Positions 1 through 9,474 are shown, numbered from the stretch's first letter. The stretch is DNA of 20,000 nucleotides from an uncultured virus (IMG/VR IMGVR_UViG_3300027542_000007) (IMGVR_UViG_3300027542_000007:54860-74859), one strand, 5' to 3'. Made by a program: numbers and translations. Notes: generated from the sequence alone by a model not told the origin.

Positions 1-13
1 GTATTTTATTCAT
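1..13 (-). CDS. 5' end of a gene running off the left edge (MNKI...)
   Basis: Reverse complement reads AAAGGAGG-N10-ATG AAT AAA ATA; a TACA-N6-TAAT promoter-like motif lies upstream (42-55, minus). Confidence 0.7.
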
Positions 14-41
14 ACCGCAATGACCTCCTTTCTCTATATTT

Positions 42-55
42 ATTATTATAATGTA
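42..55 (-). promoter_or_regulatory. variant late-type promoter TACA-N6-TAAT
   Basis: Minus strand TACA-TTATAA-TAAT, back-to-back with the plus-strand motif at 61-74 and upstream of an RBS. Confidence 0.5.
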
Positions 56-60
56 CGAGA

Positions 61-74
61 AACATCTTGATAAT
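61..74 (+). promoter_or_regulatory. late-type phage promoter AACA-N6-TAAT
   Basis: AACA-TCTTGA-TAAT just upstream of RBS AAAGGAG and ATG 96; the motif recurs before most structural genes. Confidence 0.7.
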
Positions 75-95
75 CAAAATCAAAGGAGAAAAATT

Positions 96-653
96 ATGGG
101 AGATATTTATATTAAAACTGATGGAAATAGAAGAGTTACTGCTATTCATTATAATCCATTTGATCCAGTTCAAGGAACTGGAGAAACAAGAGAAGAGATG
201 GAGAAGACCGGTTTTTTCGTAGATGAAGTTCCAGAGCCAAATAATATTACTGGTAGAAGGGCTATAGCTATGTATAATCCAGATACTAGAAAAATTTATT
301 ATGAATATGTCGGCATTCCGTTATCTGATAAAGAGAGATTGGATTTGATAGAGAACACTATGAACGAGATTCTTGTAGGAGTTTCTAATATTATTGGAAT
401 TGGAGTTGCGTTAGAGCCAGCAAAGTTAATATCGTTGGATGGGGAGACGGAGAGTTTAAGCGTCGGAGAAGCAGGGGAACAAGCCAATATTGAGTTTTCT
501 GATGAACAATTGGAATCCTTAAAGAATACTGCTAAATATATAGCTCATCAAATTATTTCTGGAAATATGGAATTGGAATTTGCATATAAAAACTTCCCAA
601 ATATTGCTGGTATAATTAAAGATGAGTTACAGGCAAATGGAATTCAGGGTTAG
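96..653 (+). CDS. tail-fibre-associated/XkdW-like protein with a C-terminal XkdX-like small domain (185 aa)
   Basis: Start moved to ATG 96 (RBS AAAGGAG). N-terminal HYNPFDPVQGTGETREEMEKTGFFVDEVPEP...YNPDTRKIYYEY resembles Firmicute phage proteins that follow tail-fibre genes; C-terminal AKYIAHQIISG... resembles the small gene that usually follows them. Confidence 0.5.
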   Translation: MGDIYIKTDGNRRVTAIHYNPFDPVQGTGETREEMEKTGFFVDEVPEPNNITGRRAIAMYNPDTRKIYYEYVGIPLSDKERLDLIENTMNEILVGVSNIIGIGVALEPAKLISLDGETESLSVGEAGEQANIEFSDEQLESLKNTAKYIAHQIISGNMELEFAYKNFPNIAGIIKDELQANGIQG

Positions 654-660
654 ATGTGTT

Positions 661-684
661 GAGGTGGTGCATACGTGCCACCTC
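661..684 (+). terminator. intrinsic terminator-like hairpin
   Basis: GAGGTGGTGC-ATAC-GTGCCACCTC followed by TATTATTTTT, right after stop 653. Confidence 0.7.
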
Positions 685-712
685 TATTATTTTTCGATTA
701 AAGGGTGATTAT

Positions 713-2332
713 ATGAAAGTAGACGTTTTTAATACTTCTATTGTAATTAGTGATTACGAGTGGGACAGTTGTCTAACACTTCAAAATAATTTTAAAATAA
801 GAATACCAGTTACTGTAAGTTATACGACATATGGGTATTTTGGTATTTATTATGATAAGGAAAACAAAAAGCTTTACCTTCCAAGAGGGATAGATATATG
901 GTATCTTGAGTCTATATTAAATACTACAGCAATTATTCATAAGAATGAAGCATATAAATATGATAGATATAACGATTTTAGAGTAAAGAAAATGCCAAGA
1001 GACGAAGTACAGGAACAAGCTCTGAGATTTATGGTTGGAAGGGGAGAATACAGGTCTACAGCAACAAAAAGCCAGTTATCATTAAATCTTAACACAGGGA
1101 AGGGTAAAACGTATGTTGCTATATCTACAATAGCAATATTGCGTATGAAGGCTTTGATAATTATGTACTCCACAAATTTAATTGAACAGTGGAAAGAGGA
1201 AATCTTAAATATAACCAATTTGACAAATAAACAGGTCAAGATTGTATCTGGTTCTATTAATATTAAAAGGCTGTTGAGCAAAGATTCAGATGATGGTGTT
1301 ATATATCTAATCACGCACGGAACGTTGGAAAGTTATGCCAAGACAAACGGATGGGAAGCCGTTGGAGAATTTGTTAAGCATTTAAAGGTAGGCATCAAGA
1401 TATTCGATGAAGCACATCAAAATTTTGAAAATCTGTTAATGATAGATTTCTTTACCAATGTGTATAAAAATTACTATCTTACTGCTACAGCTTTACGTTC
1501 GTCTACAGATGAAGATAAGATTTATCAATTAAGCTTTAAGAATGTTCCACAAATAGATTTATTTGATGAAGAGACTGATCCACATACTAGATACACTGCT
1601 ATTAAATTTTCATCTAATCCATCTGCTATAGAGATGTCTAGCTGTAAAAATCAATATGGTTTAGATAGAAATAAGTATGTAGATTATCTGGTTTCTAAGC
1701 CTAAGTTTTATAGCATATTAAGAATAATGATGGATATAGCTATCAAAAGAACAAATAATGGTGGCAAGTGTTTAATGTATATAGGCACCAATGCAGCTAT
1801 ACAAAAAGTATATGAATGGATGGTGCATAATTATTCATGGTTAGAAAACGATATTGGTATTCTAAGCACGTTGGTATCAAGTGAGGAACGAAAAAGAAAC
1901 ACAGAGAAAAGAATCATGCTGTCCACAACCAAATCAGCGGGTACTGGAATAGATATTAAAGGGTTAGTATTAACCATACTTTTAGCTGAGCCATTCAAGT
2001 CCGGAGTATTAGCTAGACAAACTCTTGGGAGAACCAGAGATTCCGATACAGAATATATAGAACTAGTCGATACATCATTTCCGCAATGTAGAAAATATTA
2101 TGGATTCAAGAAACCTATATTCTTAAAATATGCTACTGATTGTAGAGAAATGATAATGACTGATGATTTTATTGACTGTAAATTATTAGATTTATACGCT
2201 GGGTCTATACGTGAATTCATAGAACGTAATTATTATAATTGGAATGTACCTGGAATGGTATATAATTGTGGTTTAACTCCCGGGATGATTTATGACTATG
2301 GACTAACTCGGGGGATGGTTTATGATGAATAG
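713..2332 (+). CDS. superfamily 2 DNA helicase (UvsW/ResIII-like), 539 aa
   Basis: Motifs LNTGKGKT (Walker A), IFDEAH (II), LTAT (III), GTGIDIKGL (V), QTLGRTR (VI). Start set at ATG 713 (RBS AAGGGTG) because the upstream in-frame stretch is the hairpin. Confidence 0.9.
   Translation: MKVDVFNTSIVISDYEWDSCLTLQNNFKIRIPVTVSYTTYGYFGIYYDKENKKLYLPRGIDIWYLESILNTTAIIHKNEAYKYDRYNDFRVKKMPRDEVQEQALRFMVGRGEYRSTATKSQLSLNLNTGKGKTYVAISTIAILRMKALIIMYSTNLIEQWKEEILNITNLTNKQVKIVSGSINIKRLLSKDSDDGVIYLITHGTLESYAKTNGWEAVGEFVKHLKVGIKIFDEAHQNFENLLMIDFFTNVYKNYYLTATALRSSTDEDKIYQLSFKNVPQIDLFDEETDPHTRYTAIKFSSNPSAIEMSSCKNQYGLDRNKYVDYLVSKPKFYSILRIMMDIAIKRTNNGGKCLMYIGTNAAIQKVYEWMVHNYSWLENDIGILSTLVSSEERKRNTEKRIMLSTTKSAGTGIDIKGLVLTILLAEPFKSGVLARQTLGRTRDSDTEYIELVDTSFPQCRKYYGFKKPIFLKYATDCREMIMTDDFIDCKLLDLYAGSIREFIERNYYNWNVPGMVYNCGLTPGMIYDYGLTRGMVYDE
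2249..2329 (+). repeat. ~2.7 tandem 30-bp coding repeats at the helicase C-terminus
   Basis: PGMVYNCGLT / PGMIYDYGLT / RGMVYDE, with synonymous divergence between copies. Confidence 0.8.
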
Positions 2333-2352
2333 TTATATATTATATTCATGAA
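2333..2352 (+). promoter_or_regulatory. early-type phage promoter box TTATATATTATATTCATGAA
   Basis: 19/20 identical to 16589-16608; both precede non-structural operons; TATATTA core resembles the phiKZ early consensus TATATTAC. Confidence 0.7.
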
Positions 2353-2366
2353 TACAAAAATATAAT
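2353..2366 (+). promoter_or_regulatory. variant late-type promoter TACA-N6-TAAT
   Basis: TACA-AAAATA-TAAT directly between the early box and RBS AAGGAGG. Confidence 0.4.
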
Positions 2367-2383
2367 AAGGAGGTCGTCTGGTT

Positions 2384-3100
2384 ATGGAACAGGGAATGAC
2401 ATACCTTGATTATGATAAGATATCCGACGACCTCTGTTGGCTTGGAAAAAGTATTGTAGTTAGAATGGTTGTCGGTTTATCAAATAAATATAATAATGAA
2501 AGAAAGCATTTTCATAAAGAATATGGCTATGAAAGCAACTTTGGCACTTTATATACAATAAGAAGATCTTTTAATTATTATATTTCTATTGACCATCTTC
2601 ATAATAAGGAAAGTGTTATAATATCAATAAAGGATATTCTATTATTAAGGATGAAGATAAATGAAGCGTTCAGATGGTTTAGTGATGGAACGTTTGCTAT
2701 TAAAAAAGATAATCTTATAATTACAGACAGAAAGAAATGCATAATAGATGGGTTGACATGTAAAAAAGAAATGATGCTCGAACCCATTATAATTGAAGAC
2801 GAGCAGAAAGTTCAGTCACAAGGTATAAGAATGACATTAGTAAATACTGAGACATATAGTGATATTCATATTAATGCATTTGCTGGATTTGTTTATCTGA
2901 TGAACCAAATAGATATGTATGCGGCTGCGCAAAATTTAATTAATTACGTTGGTCGCCCAGAATTTGGAACAAATCTATATACTTTTGAAAATCCTAATTA
3001 TGGTTTAAACCAACCGCAACCTGAAAACAATATTAAAATTAGAGAACTACCAAAGAAAGATTCTAATAAGTCATTTTTTGATAGATTAGACGATATGTAG
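2384..3100 (+). CDS. hypothetical protein (238 aa), possibly nucleic-acid binding
   Basis: RBS AAGGAGG; beta-rich core with a low-complexity linker and tail KSFFDRLDDM; no family recognised. Confidence 0.8.
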   Translation: MEQGMTYLDYDKISDDLCWLGKSIVVRMVVGLSNKYNNERKHFHKEYGYESNFGTLYTIRRSFNYYISIDHLHNKESVIISIKDILLLRMKINEAFRWFSDGTFAIKKDNLIITDRKKCIIDGLTCKKEMMLEPIIIEDEQKVQSQGIRMTLVNTETYSDIHINAFAGFVYLMNQIDMYAAAQNLINYVGRPEFGTNLYTFENPNYGLNQPQPENNIKIRELPKKDSNKSFFDRLDDM

Positions 3101-3115
3101 AAGGGAGGTAATTCT

Positions 3116-3454
3116 ATGGACAACGGTTATATAGTTGCTAAACTACAAGAATACTTTATTAGATATAATCATAATCATGAAACAGTATCACCAATTGGAA
3201 ATTTACAGGTGAAATCGCATATAACACAGGAAGGAATCAATGTGGATATAATATCTGTTGGAAATGATAGCGCATTTGCTGTATTTGTATATGGTGATGA
3301 GGATTATGGATGTGCTACAATTAAAGCCAATGGCCATCCAATACATACAGATTTTGTACAATTTGTACAAAAACCAGATTTCATCACCGATTCCACATTA
3401 GGATTATATAATTATATTTCTACCATTATTACTACAATGAAAGAGAGGGATTAA
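3116..3454 (+). CDS. hypothetical protein (112 aa)
   Basis: RBS GGGAGG, operon context; no family recognised. Confidence 0.75.
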   Translation: MDNGYIVAKLQEYFIRYNHNHETVSPIGNLQVKSHITQEGINVDIISVGNDSAFAVFVYGDEDYGCATIKANGHPIHTDFVQFVQKPDFITDSTLGLYNYISTIITTMKERD

Positions 3455-3456
3455 AA

Positions 3457-3801
3457 ATGAATTTAACACAAGACAAAATAGCTATTGTAAATAATATAAC
3501 TGATAGAAAATCAGAAGTAATAGCTAAACAATTAGAAGCCACATACGGAATGACTTTCAAGGTATTAGAAAATGATAAGTTTCAATACGTTCATTCACTT
3601 AAGGGTGAAAGAAATTCTGGTATTTTGAAATCCGATTATCCGCAAAACTATATAAATGCAGTTGTGATGGAATCTATGAAAATGGAATGTGATGGAGTAG
3701 TTATTAATACTAAGGATACCGGCATTCTTGATGAAATAACTAAAAGAACCCAAACTCCAATTGCAATGTTTACAGAGCGTCATTCTATGTTTGGAGCATA
3801 A
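3457..3801 (+). CDS. hypothetical protein (114 aa)
   Basis: RBS GAGGGA, 2 nt after the previous stop; no family recognised. Confidence 0.75.
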   Translation: MNLTQDKIAIVNNITDRKSEVIAKQLEATYGMTFKVLENDKFQYVHSLKGERNSGILKSDYPQNYINAVVMESMKMECDGVVINTKDTGILDEITKRTQTPIAMFTERHSMFGA

Positions 3802-3816
3802 GGAGGGTACAAGATT

Positions 3817-4203
3817 ATGAAGAAAATACTTATAAACAAATCTTGTTATGCATCTACTAAATTGAGAGATATGATCATTGATATATTTAAAGCAAACTCC
3901 GCTGAAATTATAAATATAACAATAGTACCAAGTAGTTTGTACAAAGAGACGGATAGTGAAGATTATATAGATGCCATTCGAGCAGCGATGTCAAAAGAAA
4001 GAGATGATATTATTATAGTAGATGGTATTGATGAAAATGACATTACAACAAGTTTTCCAGATTTCTCTAGAAATAATATTATGAAGTTTGAGAATAACGA
4101 ACTGTTAATACAGTTTAAAGTGTCAAACAGTGAATTCATCAATGATCCAAAAATAAATGAATTAGCAGAAAATTTAAAATCTCAAATGCATTTTAGTTTG
4201 TGA
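3817..4203 (+). CDS. hypothetical protein (128 aa)
   Basis: RBS AAGGAGG; ends before a bidirectional terminator; no family recognised. Confidence 0.75.
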   Translation: MKKILINKSCYASTKLRDMIIDIFKANSAEIINITIVPSSLYKETDSEDYIDAIRAAMSKERDDIIIVDGIDENDITTSFPDFSRNNIMKFENNELLIQFKVSNSEFINDPKINELAENLKSQMHFSL

Positions 4204-4230
4204 AATCATATCATTACGCTTAAAACAAAT

Positions 4231-4256
4231 GTGGAGTAGGGAAATCCCTACTCCAC
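4231..4256. terminator. bidirectional intrinsic terminator
   Basis: Perfect 11-bp stem GTGGAGTAGGG-AAAT-CCCTACTCCAC between convergent genes, with A-rich and T-rich flanks. Confidence 0.85.
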
Positions 4257-4273
4257 CTCATTTATTTTTTGTC

Positions 4274-5041
4274 TTATACTGTAAATATCATAGGTTGGTT
4301 CTTATTAGCAGCAGAAACATATCCTTCTTTTATTTGTTGTATAACTTCATCTCGTTTTCCGGCTTCTGCCTCTAAGTCTTGAAGTTTAAGATCTATAGTG
4401 GTATATACAGTTTGAAGCTGATCGTAATACTTTAAGAATCGGTATAAGAAGGTTGCTACATCTGCTTGTGCCAATGCTTCGAACGTTTCCATTTGCGTTG
4501 GAGATATTGTAGTTAGATTCTTGTTATGCTCTAAGAATATCCCTATATGGAATTTTCTCATATTCAATCCCAAATCACGACTAGTGGTACTTACTAGCCT
4601 TATACGATTTGGAGGATCAAATTCTGGGTATATTCCATTGTTAAACAGAGACATGTGATCTGCTCTCATTTGCAATAGAGCCACGTCGTCCATTCCATAG
4701 TTCATTCCTAAAAAATCATAAATACCATATCCAGAATTTTGCTGAATAGACAAAGAATCCACAGCAAAATCTTCCCAGCTTAAATCTCTAATGCCTAAAA
4801 CTTTAGCGTCCCCAAGATAATCCTCATCTATATAGTACCACCCATCAACTCTATCATCTGGTCCAAATTCATAATTAAATAAGTATGGGAAATATCTAGA
4901 GAATGTAACAAGTGTATCATTTTCTATTACATTAGCCCATTTATTTTTTTTCACTTCATCTGGTAAATTCAAGGGTTTAGTGCCTAGTCTTATCTCAAGT
5001 TTGTCTAATAACTTAGACATATTATTTGCATATCCTGCCAT
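4274..5041 (-). CDS. neck / head-tail adaptor protein, T4 gp13-like
   Basis: N-terminal LLDKLEIRLGTKPLNL...TLVTFSRYFP and C-terminal FEALAQADVATFLYRFLKYY...IDLKLQDLEAEAGKRDEVIQQI parallel the gp13 terminal helices; co-transcribed with the prohead protease. Confidence 0.7.
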   Translation of the reverse strand: MAGYANNMSKLLDKLEIRLGTKPLNLPDEVKKNKWANVIENDTLVTFSRYFPYLFNYEFGPDDRVDGWYYIDEDYLGDAKVLGIRDLSWEDFAVDSLSIQQNSGYGIYDFLGMNYGMDDVALLQMRADHMSLFNNGIYPEFDPPNRIRLVSTTSRDLGLNMRKFHIGIFLEHNKNLTTISPTQMETFEALAQADVATFLYRFLKYYDQLQTVYTTIDLKLQDLEAEAGKRDEVIQQIKEGYVSAANKNQPMIFTV

Positions 5042-5053
5042 ATAATATCACCT

Positions 5054-5902
5054 CTATTTGATAAGTTTAAGGGCATCATTCATTATCTCATCATGAATAT
5101 AACTTTCAAGATTTGCTACAAAGATACCTCCAACTTTATCTGTGAGCTTAACTTGTGTTCCTCCGTTAATAAGTTCGATATTATCATAAAGAAGATCATA
5201 AGATTCTTTAATAGTCTTAAAGTTTGCTGACTCTTCTTTTATGTAATTTAATACCGAAGTATTAGTAATCGGAATTATCATACCTGCGTCGTTCTCTTGT
5301 ACGACTAATTGATTTCCGTTTCCATCTACTATAGAACCAGCAGCAGACTCAGAAACGATTCCAGTACCATATGCTCTCGGGTGAGACGGATAAATAACTC
5401 TATCCCATGTAATTACTTTAATACCTTTAACTTCTGCTCCTCTAGAGGTATTCTGTATAGTACCTAATGCTCTTAACGACCATGATGGAATAAACCCGTC
5501 TCTGAGATCTTTATCAAACTCATCTCCAAATGCATTGTTTGTACCACGATACCAGGCCTTAATAAAGTTTCCATCCGTCCAAAGCTTAAGGAAAATAGCA
5601 GTAGCCATAGCTGGATCTATTGTTTGTTGTCTGATAAGCTCTTTAGACAGCGGATGACCGTTTTCTGCACGAAGATTTCCAGTGGTTAAAAGTTCCAAGG
5701 TTCTAGGAGCAGATACTTGCGGGAATAAATCCCTAGAATCATAGTATCTTCCATTACGATTTTTCTCATTTGCTTCTTGAAGATTTCCTTCTCCTATTAG
5801 CTTTCCGCTACTATCTCTTTTTACTATTTTAGCAGGTTCTGGATTTATGATAGTCTGCGTTTCTATAATAACGTATCCGATATTTGAGTTCGGCTGAATC
5901 AT
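5054..5902 (-). CDS. prohead (maturation) protease, T4 gp21-like
   Basis: EGNLQEANEKNRNGRYY, AENGHP (His), SWSLRALGT (Ser) and WDRVIYPSHPRA (Asp) match gp21-family motifs; RBS AAGGAGG. Confidence 0.9.
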   Translation of the reverse strand: MIQPNSNIGYVIIETQTIINPEPAKIVKRDSSGKLIGEGNLQEANEKNRNGRYYDSRDLFPQVSAPRTLELLTTGNLRAENGHPLSKELIRQQTIDPAMATAIFLKLWTDGNFIKAWYRGTNNAFGDEFDKDLRDGFIPSWSLRALGTIQNTSRGAEVKGIKVITWDRVIYPSHPRAYGTGIVSESAAGSIVDGNGNQLVVQENDAGMIIPITNTSVLNYIKEESANFKTIKESYDLLYDNIELINGGTQVKLTDKVGGIFVANLESYIHDEIMNDALKLIK

Positions 5903-5932
5903 TTTATTTATCCTCCTTTATACGGTAATCAT

Positions 5933-5947
5933 ATTACTATTGATGTT
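5933..5947 (-). promoter_or_regulatory. late-type promoter AACA-N7-TAAT for the protease-neck operon
   Basis: Minus strand AACA-TCAATAG-TAAT upstream of the RBS. Confidence 0.6.
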
Positions 5948-5972
5948 CAATTTGGCCAATTTTGATAGGTTT

Positions 5973-5986
5973 AACAATATATTAAT
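5973..5986 (+). promoter_or_regulatory. late-type promoter AACA-N6-TAAT
   Basis: AACA-ATATAT-TAAT upstream of RBS AGGAGG and ATG 6017. Confidence 0.7.
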
Positions 5987-6016
5987 CATTAAATCTTTAT
6001 ATTAGGAGGGCTGAGT

Positions 6017-8560
6017 ATGAAATCAGTAATACCATTTAGAAAGGTATTGTCCAGGAAATTTGATGTTGGAAATGTGTATGGGAACGGTGGATATGTATTA
6101 AATTATGGCGCTCTAACAGCAAACCCAACTCATACTAATGTAAAACTATTTGTTGAATTCGGAGTAAGCGATTCTCCTGATATTAAGTTTAATCAGACTT
6201 TAGATTTAGTTAATCTTCTTAAAGAAGAAGACAGGGATGGACTTACTGATACCATTTTAAATTTAATGGATGGGATAGTAAATTTAGAGAATGCTATAGA
6301 AAAAATATCATCTTCAAAATTTGATAGTGATTCTAAAAATGAATTAATTGAGAGATGCAATGTTTTAGAAGCATGTGATCGTGTTTTAAGAAACAGAGCA
6401 AAGATACAAAAAAGATTTAATTTTGACAAAGTCATAAGAGAAAATAAATATGGAGACTTAAAGCATACTGTAAATGAATTATGCGCATTAATAGATACTT
6501 ATGATATTTCTAGTAAGGCTAAACTGAATATTGCTATAGAAAATATAAATTATTCTTTCTTAGCATCTGGAAATGAACAAAATGTAAATGAGGTTACGGA
6601 TTATATTGTCGGCTATTTTTTGTCTAGAAGTCCTATAATTACTGATAAAGATGCCAATGGGTATATTGATGTATTAGAAAACAACCTATTTATTGATAAA
6701 GATTCTATTCCAGCATATCATACTATGATATATAATAGAGATAATGAATTTGGTTGTACATTTGTAAATGCTATAAATAATATAGCAGTACAATGTGAAA
6801 GTGCGGAGATGACAAGTTTAATTGAATCTATGCCTCGTATAACTACAGAAAAGACGGCATCTGGTTTTATGGATAGATTTAAGAAATTATGCCAAGAAGA
6901 AACTATTCCTGATTCTGATATAATGAATGGAATAAAGGCATTCTGCACTCTTCCACTTATAGGTTCAATAAATAGTGAATTTATTTGCTATCAATTGGAT
7001 AAACAAATAGATTTGGAAATAAAGGATAGAATTAAAGATTACGAAGGAGATATTACTGTATCTACGGTAATCAAAAATAATGATTTAGTTACCATGTCAG
7101 AATTTGTTTCATCCATAACAGAGGCAAAGGCATTAAAAGATGACGAAGATGAAGAACAGATAGATCTTCTTGAGGCTTTATTGGATAACGATAATTTCAA
7201 GAAAGATATAGAGTCTTTTAAAACTAGCCAGAAGAAAACTCCATCTGCTTTTAAGGCATTAATCAATAAAGCGCTGACAAAATCGCCAGAGGCTTTATTA
7301 GATGAAGCTCCAGATTTATTAGCTCTTGGTAGAGGCATGATATATATTTGTATAGCAGCTTTACTACCATATGGTCCAGTTATTGCTGGTATATCCATGC
7401 TAATTATGAAATTAATAGGAATGAAGTTAAATATCAATAAGGCCAAGCAATTAATGAGACATCTTAAGAAAGAAAAAGAAGCTGCTGTAAAGAAAAAGGA
7501 TAAGCTTAAAAGTGATAAAGAGAAAAAAGCCACAGAGGAATATATCGCTTGCCTTGATAAAGGTATCAAGAAATTAGCTGATTATATCCTTGACATAGAT
7601 GATGAAGACGACGAAGCATCAGATGCATCTATTGGTAGCCTTTCAAAAGATGATGATGAATTTGATTTTGGCGATGATAATGATGATTTCGACTTTGGAG
7701 ATTTTAGCTTTGAAGAAGCAGTATCATTTACCGGAAGATTATTGGAAGCAGTAATAGATATAGAAGAAACCTCTTCAGTATTTATACCTAATATTCCATC
7801 GTATCTTGTAGGGGAATCTTTGACAGAATGCAGTGGGCTGTTTTCTAATTGCCCAAAGGAACTAAGAGACCAATTTTATTCTACTATAGATTTACAATTA
7901 AAGCAGAGCAAAGACTCTATAACAAATACGATATGCACAATCTTATTGGACTCTAAAGACAGAGATATATTAGAAGCAAATACATATGCTAAAGTCTTTT
8001 TGCAAAGAGATGCTATGAAAGAAGCAATACGTGTTGTGAACGAAGCATTTGACCTTAATACTCTTAAGCTTGCATTTGTGAATTTTAAGAATAAAGCTAA
8101 ACAGCTTAAATCTAAAGAGCAAGCGGTATGGAGAAATATTGATATTGCCGCATCGGGTTTGAGTAAAGGATTTCAGAGAGCTTTAACCTCAGACAGAAGA
8201 GAAGCAATTATTAAAGGTTCAATTATACCTTCATTTTCAAAAATAATCAAATCAGCATTAGCAGTTGGGGCCGTTGGTGCATTTACTGGACCTGTAGGAG
8301 CCGCTATAACTGCATTAGGCGGATTTGCTGTATCTAAGTCTTTAAATCATAAAGAAAGAATGCTTATTTATGATGAAATAGATACAGAGCTTCAAGTAGT
8401 AGAGAAACAACTACAGCTTGCCGAAAGCGAAGGAGATATGAATCAATATAGATTCCTGCTTAATTATCAAAAGAAATTGCAGAGAGAAAAGCAGCGTATC
8501 AAATATGGTATTAAGATGCAAGGAAGAGATTTACCAGAAATTAAAGGTGGTGACAAATAA
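6017..8560 (+). CDS. large putative internal head/virion protein (847 aa) with two hydrophobic-hairpin domains
   Basis: Located in the head operon with a late promoter; many [LIV]-x-E-[AS] motifs; two GPV-centred hydrophobic segments each followed by a charged helix; acidic DFDFGD linker. Confidence 0.6.
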   Translation: MKSVIPFRKVLSRKFDVGNVYGNGGYVLNYGALTANPTHTNVKLFVEFGVSDSPDIKFNQTLDLVNLLKEEDRDGLTDTILNLMDGIVNLENAIEKISSSKFDSDSKNELIERCNVLEACDRVLRNRAKIQKRFNFDKVIRENKYGDLKHTVNELCALIDTYDISSKAKLNIAIENINYSFLASGNEQNVNEVTDYIVGYFLSRSPIITDKDANGYIDVLENNLFIDKDSIPAYHTMIYNRDNEFGCTFVNAINNIAVQCESAEMTSLIESMPRITTEKTASGFMDRFKKLCQEETIPDSDIMNGIKAFCTLPLIGSINSEFICYQLDKQIDLEIKDRIKDYEGDITVSTVIKNNDLVTMSEFVSSITEAKALKDDEDEEQIDLLEALLDNDNFKKDIESFKTSQKKTPSAFKALINKALTKSPEALLDEAPDLLALGRGMIYICIAALLPYGPVIAGISMLIMKLIGMKLNINKAKQLMRHLKKEKEAAVKKKDKLKSDKEKKATEEYIACLDKGIKKLADYILDIDDEDDEASDASIGSLSKDDDEFDFGDDNDDFDFGDFSFEEAVSFTGRLLEAVIDIEETSSVFIPNIPSYLVGESLTECSGLFSNCPKELRDQFYSTIDLQLKQSKDSITNTICTILLDSKDRDILEANTYAKVFLQRDAMKEAIRVVNEAFDLNTLKLAFVNFKNKAKQLKSKEQAVWRNIDIAASGLSKGFQRALTSDRREAIIKGSIIPSFSKIIKSALAVGAVGAFTGPVGAAITALGGFAVSKSLNHKERMLIYDEIDTELQVVEKQLQLAESEGDMNQYRFLLNYQKKLQREKQRIKYGIKMQGRDLPEIKGGDK

Positions 8561-9447
8561 TGAGTGTTTTTATAGCGGCTGCAGAAACCAGAGATTCGTT
8601 TAAAAAGAAAATGTTAGATGAATTAGCCGGAGGGGATATTGAAACTGCTAAAGACCTATATGGCATATCTGTTAAAGAAGAAGTGGACCCCACTTTGAGA
8701 TTTTTTACAGATGAATTGTTTGATGAGATGATCCATGAGTTTGATGTAAACGGAGAAAATAGGGACTCCGACGATAACGAAGAATTAGACGCCGAAGAAG
8801 GAAATCCTGATGGGGAAGCAGAGGAAAATGAAGGAGAACAACCGGAGTCTCAAACTGAATCCGAAGAAAATACTGAAGAACCTGATAACGATGAAGACTT
8901 CGAGCTTCCAGAAGACGAAGAAGAACAAGAAGATGACAACACTCCGTCAGATGAAGACGGAGCTAATGGTGTTAACGCGCCAGAAGAGGAAGAAAATGAT
9001 GAAGACTTCAATATGGATGGAGAAAACGAAGAGGGAGAAGATACACCAGATGATGATACTTCTGAAGCAGACACTGACGCCGATGACTCATCAGATGATT
9101 CGTCTAAGTTAAAAGATTTGGAAACCGTGGCTTTTGCCGAATTAAATGAAGCAGAAAAGGAAGCTAAGATTAAGGAGTTAAAGGGGATATATATAAATAT
9201 CTACGATAAATGCAAAACATTATCAGACAAGACAAATGATATTAAAAAGGATGACTCAACGATTCAAATCATAGAGTATATAAATAATTCCCTTACTGAT
9301 CTTAGGCAATATATTTTAGATTATATCGAGACAATATTTGATTCCAAAACATACCCGGAAAATATTGCTCAAGTACAAAAATACATTGCTGTACTTACTT
9401 CTATAAAAACCATTTTTGCAGAGTTAAAAAAGGATTTTGTTGAATAA
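8560..9447 (+). CDS. acidic scaffold-like head protein (295 aa)
   Basis: TAATG overlap with the upstream gene; ~120-aa D/E-rich disordered region plus C-terminal helical bundle; immediately upstream of the capsid gene. Confidence 0.55.
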   Translation: MSVFIAAAETRDSFKKKMLDELAGGDIETAKDLYGISVKEEVDPTLRFFTDELFDEMIHEFDVNGENRDSDDNEELDAEEGNPDGEAEENEGEQPESQTESEENTEEPDNDEDFELPEDEEEQEDDNTPSDEDGANGVNAPEEEENDEDFNMDGENEEGEDTPDDDTSEADTDADDSSDDSSKLKDLETVAFAELNEAEKEAKIKELKGIYINIYDKCKTLSDKTNDIKKDDSTIQIIEYINNSLTDLRQYILDYIETIFDSKTYPENIAQVQKYIAVLTSIKTIFAELKKDFVE

Positions 9448-9474
9448 ACTCCTCAGATGCCTATATCGGAAGAT

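Noticed and set aside
51..712. ORF-track starts at 51 and 656 (likewise 15039 and 17447)
   Set aside because: These extensions lack an SD, and those at 51, 656 and 17447 run through a promoter or hairpin; SD-supported starts are 96, 713, 15057 and 17477.
5952..5959. Palindrome TTGGCCAA between divergent promoters
   Set aside because: Only 8 bp and not repeated at the other divergent promoter pairs; compatible with chance.
7039..9112. Overlapping ORFs 7039-7569(-), 8810-9112(+) and 8850-9074(-)
   Set aside because: Low-complexity alternative frames of Lys/Glu/Asp-rich coding sequence; no initiation signals.
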